From an uncultured Clostridia bacterium (GTDB lineage: Bacteria > Bacillota > Clostridia > Oscillospirales > Ruminococcaceae), in the NCBI GenBank assembly GCA_947632025.1, contig CANRNN010000006.1, positions 72,030-136,029 of the forward strand: a stretch of 64,000 bases of DNA. Direction: 5' to 3'. The first letter of the stretch is position 1, and each line of letters opens with the position of its first letter. The translations under genes and the position numbers were made by a program. Positions 10,506 through 19,809 of the stretch are shown here, in pieces. Under the pieces are notes generated by a model that saw only the letters and a program-made list of their open reading frames with translations, was not told the DNA's origin and made no database searches.

Positions 10506-10507
10506 AG

Positions 10508-12349
10508 ATGGAAAATAATTTGCCCGAAAACGTACAGATCCCCGTGCAGAACGGGGAGTTGAGCGACAAGAAAATCCCGCTTCACGAAGCGGTTTTTGCC
10601 TGGATAATATTTGCGCTTTCATTTGTGTTTACGCATTTTTGCGTAAGGTATTTCGGAGGCGTCTGGGGCGGGATATTCTGGGCGCTGTTCGGAATTTCGA
10701 TAATCATTTTCGGAAAATTCAAGAAAATAAAATTCAGGGCGCTGCATTTAACGATTTTCGGAATTTCCGAATTGTTTTGCCTTGTTCCGATTTTTTCCGC
10801 AAACGGATTTATTTGTTTTTTAGCGTCGACATTTTCTTTTGTTCTCGATTTTTATTTGCTGCTTATAATCGGCGGCGCAAAGCCGTTCGGCAGACATTTT
10901 GTGCTTGATGTGCTGCTGTCTGTTTTTGAACGTCCGTTCGAGAAATTCGCGGCGCAGCCTGTGGCGGCATTTTCGGTTTTCAAGGGAAAAAAACGTGCAA
11001 AAAATTTTCTTTACGCTGTAATAGGCTTGCTTATCGCGGTGCCGCTGACGATTACGGTAGTGTATCTTCTGGCGCGCTCTGATGTTTATTTCAGCAGCGC
11101 GGTGGCAAACATCATCAACATTTTTCCGAGGTTTTCTTTTTTATATGTTGTTGAATTGTTTTTTGCGGTTCCGATCTCTATGTATCTTTTTGGAGCATTG
11201 AATTCCGTTGAAAATCAAACAAAAATTTATTCGGGAAATTCTCCGTCATACCGCATAATGCCGCCTGTGGTGGCGTATTTCGCCGTGTCGCCGATATGCG
11301 TTGCTTATCTTGTCTACACGATAATTCAAATAAAAAATATCGCAGGAATTGCTGAAAACACATTGAATTATTCCGAATTTGCGAGAAGAGGTTTTTTTGA
11401 ACTGTGCGCAATTTCAATAATAAATTTGTGCGTGATAATGATAATGCAGATATTTGTCAAGCGCCTTGAAAACGACAAAATGTCCGTTGTGACGAGTGTT
11501 TACACGATAATGATCTCGGTTTTCACGCTGGGGATCATCGCCACAGCGCTTGCAAAAATGTTCCTCTACGTCGGCGAATTCGGTATGACTTTGCTGCGTG
11601 TTTACACGTCATGGTTTATGATTCTGCTGGCGCTTATTTTTATTACGCTGATAATTTTCCGTATCCGTGAATTTCCGCTTTGGAAAGCGCTTTTCTTTGA
11701 ATTTACGATAATGTTTTCCGTGCTTTGCTTCGGAAATTTTGAGGGGAATATCGCTGCTTACAATATCTCCGCATTCCGTGCGGGAAATATCGAAAAGCTT
11801 GATGTTTCGGAGTTTTACGAATTGGGCTATGCCGCTGTAAGACCCGCTTCCACGCTTACTTCGGAGGAACTGGGAGTGCAGTATTTTGAACTTGAAAAGT
11901 GGTTTCATTCAATTGATGAAAATGATTCATTTGAAAACAAATTCGCGTATTTCAGTATTCCGAGGGCTCAGGCAATGAATTTCATTTCGCGGAATTTTGA
12001 AGAGCCGGACGATCTTCGCTTTGCCGTAAGCATTGATGATTCTGCGGAAAAATTGATAAATTCCGTAACGGCAAATATTTATATCGGCGAGGTGTTGAAA
12101 GCGTCCGCAGCCGCTTCTCCCGCGGCGGGAGGCGCTTTTAATGACGAGGATATCGTTTTCGATTTTCCTTATGCCGAAATTTTCGGGAGCGGAGATGTTT
12201 ATCCGGAAGCCGACATCTCGGTTTCGTTTGATGTCGATAACGTGTCTGATCTTCCGTTAGATGAAAAACGATTTGCGTTGTCCTATCCCGATGTTTCAAA
12301 TTTCGGGATCGTATTTGACAATGACTGCTTGACCGTTAAAAAATATTGA
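10508..12349 (+). CDS. DUF4173/DUF4153-family multi-TM membrane protein
   Basis: Many TM segments; YSEFARRGFFEL and YVGEFGMTLLRVY motifs. Confidence 0.8.
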   Translation: MENNLPENVQIPVQNGELSDKKIPLHEAVFAWIIFALSFVFTHFCVRYFGGVWGGIFWALFGISIIIFGKFKKIKFRALHLTIFGISELFCLVPIFSANGFICFLASTFSFVLDFYLLLIIGGAKPFGRHFVLDVLLSVFERPFEKFAAQPVAAFSVFKGKKRAKNFLYAVIGLLIAVPLTITVVYLLARSDVYFSSAVANIINIFPRFSFLYVVELFFAVPISMYLFGALNSVENQTKIYSGNSPSYRIMPPVVAYFAVSPICVAYLVYTIIQIKNIAGIAENTLNYSEFARRGFFELCAISIINLCVIMIMQIFVKRLENDKMSVVTSVYTIMISVFTLGIIATALAKMFLYVGEFGMTLLRVYTSWFMILLALIFITLIIFRIREFPLWKALFFEFTIMFSVLCFGNFEGNIAAYNISAFRAGNIEKLDVSEFYELGYAAVRPASTLTSEELGVQYFELEKWFHSIDENDSFENKFAYFSIPRAQAMNFISRNFEEPDDLRFAVSIDDSAEKLINSVTANIYIGEVLKASAAASPAAGGAFNDEDIVFDFPYAEIFGSGDVYPEADISVSFDVDNVSDLPLDEKRFALSYPDVSNFGIVFDNDCLTVKKY

Positions 12350-12425
12350 TTTTTATAAAAGCTGTTGACAAAGCTCGAAAAATATTGTATAATATTATTA
12401 TATTTTTTTTGACGGCGGTGGATCT

Positions 12426-13811
12426 ATGGCTAAAAGTAAAACTGTTTTCGTCTGCTCGGAGTGCGGCGGCGAATGTTCAAAATGGAACGGAAAATGTCCG
12501 TTCTGCGGCTCGTGGAATACACTTGAGGAAACACAGCCGATAGAGGTGTTTGCCGGAAAAAACGCTCCTGTCGGCGACTTCAGATACAGCAGGATCTCGG
12601 AAATTTCTTTCGAGGACGAAACACGCTACGATACGGGAATGGCAGAGCTTGACCGCGTACTCGGAGGCGGACTTGTGAAAGGTTCGCTCGTGCTTATCGG
12701 CGGCGACCCCGGAATAGGAAAATCGACACTCCTTTTGCAGATATGCGGATTTATGGGCGACGAGCATACCGTACTGTATGTTTCGGGAGAGGAAAGCGAA
12801 CGCCAGATAAAGCTCCGTGCAGAGCGTCTGGGAGTGATGTGCGACAACCTGTTTTTAGCGTCGTGCAATAATTGTGAAACTATAATCAAAGCCGTTGTCG
12901 ACAATAAGCCTGAGGTCGTGATAATAGATTCCATTCAGACGATCTCTTCGGGCGCTATGAATTCCTCCGCGGGAAGCATCGTGCAGGTACGCGAATGTAC
13001 CAACGCTTTTATGCGTATGGCAAAAAGCGAAGATATCCCCGTGTTTATCGTAAGCCACGTCAACAAGGACGGTGGTATAGCAGGTCCGAAAATTATGGAG
13101 CATATCGTCGACACCGTGCTTTATTTTGAGGGCGAAAAGCAGATGTCGTACCGTATCCTCCGCGCCGTGAAAAATCGTTTCGGTTCGACGAATGAAATAG
13201 GCGTTTTCAGAATGGACGACAACGGTCTGGCGCAGGTCGAAAATCCAAGCGAGATGATGCTTTCGGGAAGGCTTGCCAACGTTTCGGGAAGCGCGGTAAT
13301 ATGCGCCGTGGAGGGAACACGTCCTATTCTCGCGGAAATTCAGGCGCTTGTCACAAAATCCAGTTTGCAGTCGCCAAGACGTGTCGCGACAGGCTTCGAT
13401 TACAACCGCTTGTATATGATACTCGCGGTGCTTGAAAAACGTATGGGATTCGCGTTCGGCGGGCTTGATGTGTACCTTAATATCGTCGGGGGACTGCGGC
13501 TTGACGAGCCGGCGACTGACCTTGCGGTGGCGCTCGCGCTTTATTCGGGAGTCCGCGATATGGCAATGCCGGCAGACCTTATGGTGTTCGGAGAGGTCGG
13601 TCTGGGAGGGGAGATCCGTGCGGTTTCTCACGCTGTCGAGCGAGTAAAGGAAGGTGCGCGGCTCGGCTTCAAGACTTGCATAATTCCGCGGAATTGTTTT
13701 TCTTCTCTCTCTAAAAAAACCGATTACGGAATAAAAATTATCGGCGCGGACACGCTTTCAAGCGCGTTCAAGGCGGCTCTTGAAGAGTCAGCGAGATCGA
13801 ACGGTCATTGA
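12426..13811 (+). CDS. radA: DNA repair protein RadA/Sms
   Basis: CSECG..KWNGKCPFC Zn finger, GGDPGIGKST Walker A, KNRFG motif, Lon-like C-terminus. Confidence 0.98.
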   Translation: MAKSKTVFVCSECGGECSKWNGKCPFCGSWNTLEETQPIEVFAGKNAPVGDFRYSRISEISFEDETRYDTGMAELDRVLGGGLVKGSLVLIGGDPGIGKSTLLLQICGFMGDEHTVLYVSGEESERQIKLRAERLGVMCDNLFLASCNNCETIIKAVVDNKPEVVIIDSIQTISSGAMNSSAGSIVQVRECTNAFMRMAKSEDIPVFIVSHVNKDGGIAGPKIMEHIVDTVLYFEGEKQMSYRILRAVKNRFGSTNEIGVFRMDDNGLAQVENPSEMMLSGRLANVSGSAVICAVEGTRPILAEIQALVTKSSLQSPRRVATGFDYNRLYMILAVLEKRMGFAFGGLDVYLNIVGGLRLDEPATDLAVALALYSGVRDMAMPADLMVFGEVGLGGEIRAVSHAVERVKEGARLGFKTCIIPRNCFSSLSKKTDYGIKIIGADTLSSAFKAALEESARSNGH

Positions 13812-13861
13812 CTTTGAACGTTTTTTTCCGGTAGAATCTGAAAATTTCAGGAGGGATCAGA

Positions 13862-14227
13862 ACGAAACGAAAAATTATTGCCGCGGGGATATTTTCGGGT
13901 ATCCTCGCGGCTGAAATTTTAATTGCGCTTTTTGTCCGTGACAGCTTTGTAAGACCGTATTGCGGCGACGTTCTGGCGGTGCTGTGCGTTTATTTTTTCG
14001 TCAGGATAATACTTTCGGAAAAGCCGGCATATCTGTCACCGTTTGTTGTGATATTTGCTTTTTTCGTGGAATTTATTCAGCTGACCCCGTTTTCGGAGAT
14101 GCTCGGAAAAGGCTCGGTCTTGTCAACGATAGCAGGCGGCACTTTTGACGTTAAAGATCTTATCTGTTATACATTCGGCGGAGTTATCTGCTTATTTGCG
14201 GACATTAAATTCTACCGATCATCTTAA
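13862..14227 (+). CDS. DUF2809-family membrane protein (apparent non-canonical ACG start)
   Basis: Frame upstream of the track start (13979) reads KRKIIAAGIFSGILAAEILIALFVRDSFVRPYCGDVL; AGGAGG at 13849-13854 lies 7 nt before ACG at 13862. Confidence 0.7.
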   Translation, partial: TKRKIIAAGIFSGILAAEILIALFVRDSFVRPYCGDVLAVLCVYFFVRIILSEKPAYLSPFVVIFAFFVEFIQLTPFSEMLGKGSVLSTIAGGTFDVKDLICYTFGGVICLFADIKFYRSS

Positions 14228-14699
14228 GCAATTCCACCCCCGCTATATAAGTGTTCGGGTCGGAGAAGATCGCAAGAGCATACTGTCTTGGCGTTGTCAG
14301 CACGTTTGAGCAGTACACGAAAACGCATACAAGCACCGGCACAAGCGAACACGCCGCGAATACGACGCTGTCAAGGTATACACTGTTGTAATGTATTATC
14401 AGATCCGCCAAAAACGCGTCGATCCAGCTCATCAGTCCCCCAACTACGAACTTTATCCCAAAGACCAAAACGAAGGTCAATACTCGCTGTTTGAAAATAT
14501 CACTCATATCCTCATTGAATTTTCCTATCAGAAATCCGCTTATTATCCCGCCCAGAATTCCGAGAATATAAAAATACGTCGGCATATACAAAGTATGCCC
14601 GTAATTTATCATTGAGTAAATACCCCACACTATGCACGCCGCGGGAAAGACCATCGTTTTTATCATCTCAGGATAATCCCAGTCGTCCATTAAAATCAC
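14205..14699 (-). CDS. Hypothetical membrane protein
   Basis: 164 aa with about four TM segments; AAGGAG RBS and a TTGACA/TATAAT promoter upstream. Confidence 0.7.
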   Translation of the reverse strand: MILMDDWDYPEMIKTMVFPAACIVWGIYSMINYGHTLYMPTYFYILGILGGIISGFLIGKFNEDMSDIFKQRVLTFVLVFGIKFVVGGLMSWIDAFLADLIIHYNSVYLDSVVFAACSLVPVLVCVFVYCSNVLTTPRQYALAIFSDPNTYIAGVELLKMIGRI

Positions 14700-14840
14700 G
14701 CTCCTTATTTAATTTTAATTATAATACAAACTTCTTCCGTTGTCAAGCGTTTCTATTTTGGCGCTGAAACGGGAGTTATGTTTTCTTGACAAAGCTTTTT
14801 AATTGTGTTATAATTATTTTGAAAAGAGGTAAGATTTTTT

Positions 14841-16190
14841 ATGACGCAGTATGAAAAGATGACGGAAACGCCTATTCCCAAATTGATTTTAACACTCTCA
14901 GTGCCGACGGTTTTGTCAATGCTCGTGACGAATGTTTACAATCTGGTGGACACCGCTTTCGTCGGCAGACTGGGGACGAGCGCAAGCGGAGCGGTCGGCG
15001 TTGTGTTCGGATTTATGGCTATAATACAGGCGTTCGGATTTATGTTCGGACAAGGCTCCGGAAGCATCATTTCAAGGGCGCTTGGGAAAAAGGACGTTGG
15101 ATCCGCTTCGGACCACGCGATACTGGGATTTGTGTCGTCGTTTACGGGCGGATTGCTTATCACTGTTTTCGGATTCGTTTTTCTTGACGAGATAGTAAGC
15201 ATTTTAGGAAGCACGGAAACCATAGCGCCGTTCGCGAGGATCTACATAACGTACATTTTGTTTGCCGCGCCGTTTATGAGTTCAAGCCTGACGCTGAACA
15301 ACATTTTAAGGTACGAGGGCAGGGCGTCGCTCGGAATGATAGGGCTTATGACGGGCGGTATCCTCAACATCGCGGGCGACCCGATTTTTATGTTCGCCCT
15401 GAAAATGGATATCGCGGGCGCGGGACTTTCTACGGCGCTTTCGCAGATCGTAAGCTGGTGTATTCTGGTGGGAATGTTCCTGTTCGGAAAAACGGAAACC
15501 AAGCTGTCCGTCGGCGGACTTAAAAATTCTTCTGTGAAAATGCTTTTCAACATTATGGCGACGGGATTTCCGAGTATGCTGCGGCAGGGTTTGAATTCAA
15601 TTACGACGGTGATGCTGAATTCACGCTGCAGGGTTTACGGCGACCCTGCTGTCGCGGCTATGAGCATTGTCACGCGTATAATTTTCTTTGCGTTCTCGAT
15701 AGCTCTCGGAATAGGGCAGGGCTTTCAGCCTGTCGCGGGATTCAATTACGGAGCGGGAAAATTCTCGCGGCTTAAAAAGGCGTTCAAGTTTACGATGCTT
15801 GTCGCGGAAGGAATAATTATTGTCGGCTGCGGGGTATTGTTTATTTTTTCGGGAGAGCTTATCGGAATTTTCCGCGACGACCCAGAAGTAATTGAAATAG
15901 GCGTGAGGGCGCTTAGGCTTCAGGCTCTTGCACATATGACGCTTCCGCCGACAATGGCGGTGGAGATGCTGTTACAGAGTACGGGAAAGCGTCTGGGGGC
16001 GTCGGTTTTATCGTCGCTTAGAAGCGGAGTTCTATTCATTCCCGCGCTTATAATCCTTTCGGAAATTCGCGGTCTTGCGGGAATACAGGAGGCGCAGCCC
16101 GTGTCGCTTATATTGGCTCTGCCGATAGCGCTGCCGTTTGCGGTTTCGTTCTTCAAAAAACTCCCGAAAGAGGATAAGGAAACAAAATAG
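14841..16190 (+). CDS. MATE family efflux transporter
   Basis: 449 aa, 12 TM; NLVDTAFVG, NIAGDPIF, GIAGA-like GAGLSTA, GFNYGAG. Confidence 0.95.
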   Translation: MTQYEKMTETPIPKLILTLSVPTVLSMLVTNVYNLVDTAFVGRLGTSASGAVGVVFGFMAIIQAFGFMFGQGSGSIISRALGKKDVGSASDHAILGFVSSFTGGLLITVFGFVFLDEIVSILGSTETIAPFARIYITYILFAAPFMSSSLTLNNILRYEGRASLGMIGLMTGGILNIAGDPIFMFALKMDIAGAGLSTALSQIVSWCILVGMFLFGKTETKLSVGGLKNSSVKMLFNIMATGFPSMLRQGLNSITTVMLNSRCRVYGDPAVAAMSIVTRIIFFAFSIALGIGQGFQPVAGFNYGAGKFSRLKKAFKFTMLVAEGIIIVGCGVLFIFSGELIGIFRDDPEVIEIGVRALRLQALAHMTLPPTMAVEMLLQSTGKRLGASVLSSLRSGVLFIPALIILSEIRGLAGIQEAQPVSLILALPIALPFAVSFFKKLPKEDKETK

Positions 16191-16370
16191 GACGATAGTG
16201 CAGCAGTCCGAATATAACAAATCGTCAAAGTCGGAAAGCTTGATTTATTTGTGAAATTTGCATAAAAAACGGGCGGTAATTTACCGCCTGCTTCTTTATT
16301 TATTTCAACGGGAGTTCCCGGAAAAATCACACAGAAAAACGCCCTTCGTTTTACGCGAGGGGCGCCTCCG

Positions 16371-16463
16371 TTAGTCAAAGTAACTGTTCAGCAGGGATTC
16401 GATAGATTCTGCCGAATTTTCGTTTTTTACAACGTCATAGCAATACGCAATAGACAGAAGCAT
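16371..16463 (-). CDS. Candidate 30-aa small protein MLLSIAYCYDVVKNENSAESIESLLNSYFD
   Basis: AAAGGTGG RBS; perfect TTGACA(16602-16597)-17-TATAAT(16579-16574) promoter upstream; terminator-like hairpin right after the stop. Confidence 0.4.
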   Translation of the reverse strand: MLLSIAYCYDVVKNENSAESIESLLNSYFD

Positions 16464-16762
16464 ATATTTCCCACCTTTCTTTCAGGCTTGCCGTTCACTT
16501 GAACGGTTAAGCCTTTTTTGTTCTACACTTTGCAAGTTCCGAGCTTTTCGCTTCTTTTTTCCCTTGCACCTTTATTATACCATGCTTTGACGTATTTGTC
16601 AATAGGTCGGGCGTATTTTTGTGAAATGTATACAAAAACATTAAACATTAGTGGAAAAATAGCTATATTATTAAACTCGAAATGTGTACAATTGTGTAAC
16701 ATTATGTCTGTTACACGAAATAAGCCTTTGCGGTATGCTTGTCTTGAAGTCTGCACAAAAAT

Positions 16763-16802
16763 AAAGTCCGGAACGGCAAACAAATGTCATTCCGGACTTT
16801 TT
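16763..16802. terminator. Intrinsic terminator after the ANTAR gene
   Basis: AAAGTCCGGAA...TTCCGGACTTT with A/T tails on both sides. Confidence 0.7.
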
Positions 16803-16809
16803 CGATTTA

Positions 16810-17367
16810 TTATATACTGTAGGTTCTTAAAATGTCCTCCGCTATCTGACGCTGTGTGCGGCGCGTGTCCATAGCGAGCTTTTGCATATGCTTGTGAGCC
16901 TGCGCTTCTGTAAAGTTCAGATACTGGATAAGACAGCACTTTGCACGGCTTATCACTCTCGCGTCGTCCAACCGTCCTTGAAGCTCGGATTTTTCCTGCT
17001 CAAGGCGATTTATTTTTTCAGCCGCGACCGCCGCTAATCTCAGCGTTTGTGTCAGGGCGCTTTTCGTGAATGGTCTTGCGAGAACGAAAGCTCCCGTAAA
17101 TTTCACTCTCGACTGAACGTCGTCCGCGATATCCGCTCTCGCTAAAACTATCACGGGAGCGGTCGTCCGCCGTGAGATCTCAGCCACATAATTCAGCCCG
17201 AACTCACTCCGCAGCGGCGTCGAAACTATTACTGCCGACAGATCCTCAATATCGGAAAAACCGTTCTCATCAGAAGAAACCAGCACAAATTCCGTCTGTG
17301 TGTCATCAATGGCGGCTTTGATATTTTCAGCCGCTTCAAGCGTTCTGGCGTTTATCAATATCTTCAA
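16810..17367 (-). CDS. ANTAR-domain antitermination regulator with a degenerate receiver domain
   Basis: C-terminal ISRAKCCLIQYLNFTEAQAHKHMQKLAMDTRRT ANTAR helix bundle; receiver lacks the canonical phospho-Asp. Confidence 0.9.
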   Translation of the reverse strand: MKILINARTLEAAENIKAAIDDTQTEFVLVSSDENGFSDIEDLSAVIVSTPLRSEFGLNYVAEISRRTTAPVIVLARADIADDVQSRVKFTGAFVLARPFTKSALTQTLRLAAVAAEKINRLEQEKSELQGRLDDARVISRAKCCLIQYLNFTEAQAHKHMQKLAMDTRRTQRQIAEDILRTYSI

Positions 17368-17406
17368 TGCCGCACCTTCTTTTGTTCTTTTTTATGCCAA
17401 CAGGCT

Positions 17407-18126
17407 TTAGTTGTTGACGTAAAGCTGCTTATACGGTGATGCCGAGTTCGGAGTAAGCTTGAAGAACGTACCGCTTAACAGATCGTCGACATCGTTTCCG
17501 AAGTGCTTTACAAACCGCTCGACATAGTGACGAATGGACTGTTTTTCCTCGTCGGTGGCTTTTTCGCAGCAGACCTGCACAGGCAGTCCCACGGGTGCCG
17601 TTTCGCTTCTGATAAACATCTCGCCGCCGTGCATTCCCGTACCGCAGAAGCTTCCTACAGGGCAGCCCTCAACTCCGATACCTAGGACGATTATTATGCC
17701 GCCCGCCTGATATTCTCCGAGAAAATCGCCCACCTTGCCGCCGATAACGATTATCGGATACAGATCCTGATAGCTTTTCATATGGATACCGACTCTGTAG
17801 CCCGCGTTTCCCTGAACGTAAATTTCGCCCGAACGCATAGCGTATCCCGTCGTATCGCCGCAGTTTCCGTGAACGATGATAGCGCCGTCGTTCATGGTAT
17901 CCCCGATAGCGTCCTGAGCGTTTCCGTGAACGATTATCTTCGAGCCGTTGAGGTACGCGCCCAGCGCGTTTCCGGGAGTGCCCTCTATCATAATTTCTTT
18001 TCCCGAAAGCCCTGCGCCTATGTATCTCTGTCCGAGGACGTTCACAAGCTGGAATTTCTCGTCGGAGCTTGCTCTTATGACCCTGTTAAGCTCCGTGTAA
18101 CCGTGATTTCTCGCGTCAATTCTCAT
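17407..18126 (-). CDS. Glutamate synthase alpha-subunit C-terminal GXGXG-domain protein (GltB3)
   Basis: GQRYIGAG, GTPGNALGA, GDFLGEYQAGG, GTGMHGG repeats. Confidence 0.92.
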   Translation of the reverse strand: MRIDARNHGYTELNRVIRASSDEKFQLVNVLGQRYIGAGLSGKEIMIEGTPGNALGAYLNGSKIIVHGNAQDAIGDTMNDGAIIVHGNCGDTTGYAMRSGEIYVQGNAGYRVGIHMKSYQDLYPIIVIGGKVGDFLGEYQAGGIIIVLGIGVEGCPVGSFCGTGMHGGEMFIRSETAPVGLPVQVCCEKATDEEKQSIRHYVERFVKHFGNDVDDLLSGTFFKLTPNSASPYKQLYVNN

Positions 18127-19352
18127 CTTACAATACCTCCCAGCTTTTCCTCACGCCGAGCCTTGCCGAACATCATCATCTGCGGTTTTTGCTTCAGCAG
18201 ATCGACGTCGACCTCGTTTAAGTCTATCTTTTCCTTTATCATTGAGGTATATATCCCCGCCCTTGCCACATTTCCGAGCAGGATATATCCCACCAGCCTG
18301 TTGTCACGGAAAACGAGCTTTTTATACGTCGATTCGGTTTCCTCAACGAATTCCTCACCGTCGTAGCTTCCCGCGCTTATAATATGTACGCCCCAAAAGC
18401 CTATGGCGTTCATCGGAATGGCGTTGAGATAATAGCTCTCGCGTCCTGCCATATTGCGCCCCGCGACTTCGCCCTGCATATAAGCATTCGGAAGCAGTGC
18501 GAGTATTTTTTCGGAATCGGAGGACTCGTCATGCGACACCGTGCAGTCGCCTGCCGAATATATGTCGTCGAGCGACGTTTTCTGCGTCTGGTCGGTAATT
18601 ATACCGCGCTCTACTTTTCCACCCGCGTCGGCGACAAGCTCGGTATTCGGACGCACTCCTACTGCCACGATAAGCATATCGAATTCCACTGTCGAGCCGT
18701 TTTTAAGCTTTGCGGAATGTTCGGTAAGCTCCTCAGCCGAAGTTCCCAAAATGAATTTAACGCCGTGAGCCTCAATATGCCTCTGCATTTTCTGAGCCGC
18801 TCTCGCGTCAAGAATAGACGGCAGCACCCTGTCAGCCATATCTATTACCGTAATATCAACGTTATGCTCCGAAAGTGCTTCCGCTGCTTTAAGTCCGATA
18901 AGACCCGCGCCGATTATCAGCACCTTCATTCCGTCTTTAAGTTCCGAACGTATAGCCTTCGCGGAATCGTAGCTCATAAATGTATGATAATGAACCTTGT
19001 CAAGACCGTTCATAGGCGGCACGAAAGGTTTCGAGCCTGTCGCCACCATCAGCTTGTCATACGGCACCGAAAGTCCGTCCTCAAGCACCACCGATTTATT
19101 TGCAGTGTCTATTTTCGTGACCTTTTTGCCAAGCACGGTCTTTACGCCGTTTTTCTCATAGTAATCGTCGGGACGGTAGTAAATGTTCTTGTCGGATACT
19201 CTTCCCTCAAGCCAATAGGAGATAAGCGGGCGGGAATATGTGTGATATTTTTCGTCGGAAATTATCGTGATCTCTCCCGCGCTGTCTATTTCCCGTATAC
19301 CCGAAACCGTACCTATTGCCGCAGCGGAATTGCCGATTATAACGTACCTCAT
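18123..19352 (-). CDS. FAD/NAD(P)H-dependent oxidoreductase (pyridine nucleotide-disulfide family)
   Basis: YVIIGNSAAA, YDKLMVATGS, IIGAGLIG, IYSAGD; start 19352 (MRYVIIG) preferred over 19409. Confidence 0.92.
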   Translation of the reverse strand: MRYVIIGNSAAAIGTVSGIREIDSAGEITIISDEKYHTYSRPLISYWLEGRVSDKNIYYRPDDYYEKNGVKTVLGKKVTKIDTANKSVVLEDGLSVPYDKLMVATGSKPFVPPMNGLDKVHYHTFMSYDSAKAIRSELKDGMKVLIIGAGLIGLKAAEALSEHNVDITVIDMADRVLPSILDARAAQKMQRHIEAHGVKFILGTSAEELTEHSAKLKNGSTVEFDMLIVAVGVRPNTELVADAGGKVERGIITDQTQKTSLDDIYSAGDCTVSHDESSDSEKILALLPNAYMQGEVAGRNMAGRESYYLNAIPMNAIGFWGVHIISAGSYDGEEFVEETESTYKKLVFRDNRLVGYILLGNVARAGIYTSMIKEKIDLNEVDVDLLKQKPQMMMFGKARREEKLGGIVR

Positions 19353-19360
19353 ATTCCCTT

Positions 19361-19795
19361 TCACCTCTCCTCGAAAACTATTGCCTTGTTGGGGCAGCCC
19401 TGAACGCACGCGGGTTCGCCGTCGTGATTTTTAAGGCACAGATCGCACTTTTGAATTCTGTGATTTGCCTCGTCAAACACCACGCACCCGAACGGACACG
19501 ACAGCACGCAAGTCCCGCAGCCGACGCATTTGTTCTCGTCGCAGCATACCACTCCGTCAACAATCGACAGCGCACCCGCGATACACCCGCGCACGCAGGG
19601 CTTTCCGTCGCAGTGACGGCACTGCACCGCGAAATTCACCTTGTCGCCCTCTTCGACCTGAATACGGGAAACGGGCTTTTTTCCGTTCCTGAATGCCGCG
19701 ACCATATTTGCAGCGCCGCTGTTTGCTGCGGCACAGTAATATTCACACAGGTGGCACGCCAAGCACCAATCCTCATTTACATATACTTTTTTCAT
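19361..19795 (-). CDS. 4Fe-4S dicluster ferredoxin-like electron-transfer protein
   Basis: CLACHLCEYYC, CRHCDGKPCVRGC, CVGCGTCVLSCP, KCDLC...PACVQGCP. Confidence 0.93.
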   Translation of the reverse strand: MKKVYVNEDWCLACHLCEYYCAAANSGAANMVAAFRNGKKPVSRIQVEEGDKVNFAVQCRHCDGKPCVRGCIAGALSIVDGVVCCDENKCVGCGTCVLSCPFGCVVFDEANHRIQKCDLCLKNHDGEPACVQGCPNKAIVFEER

Positions 19796-19809
19796 CGCAA
19801 ACTCCCTCC

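Noticed and set aside
16360-16380. CU-[AACGGA]-GG before a terminator as a possible ANTAR site
   Set aside because: Only a 2-bp stem and no downstream gene on that strand.
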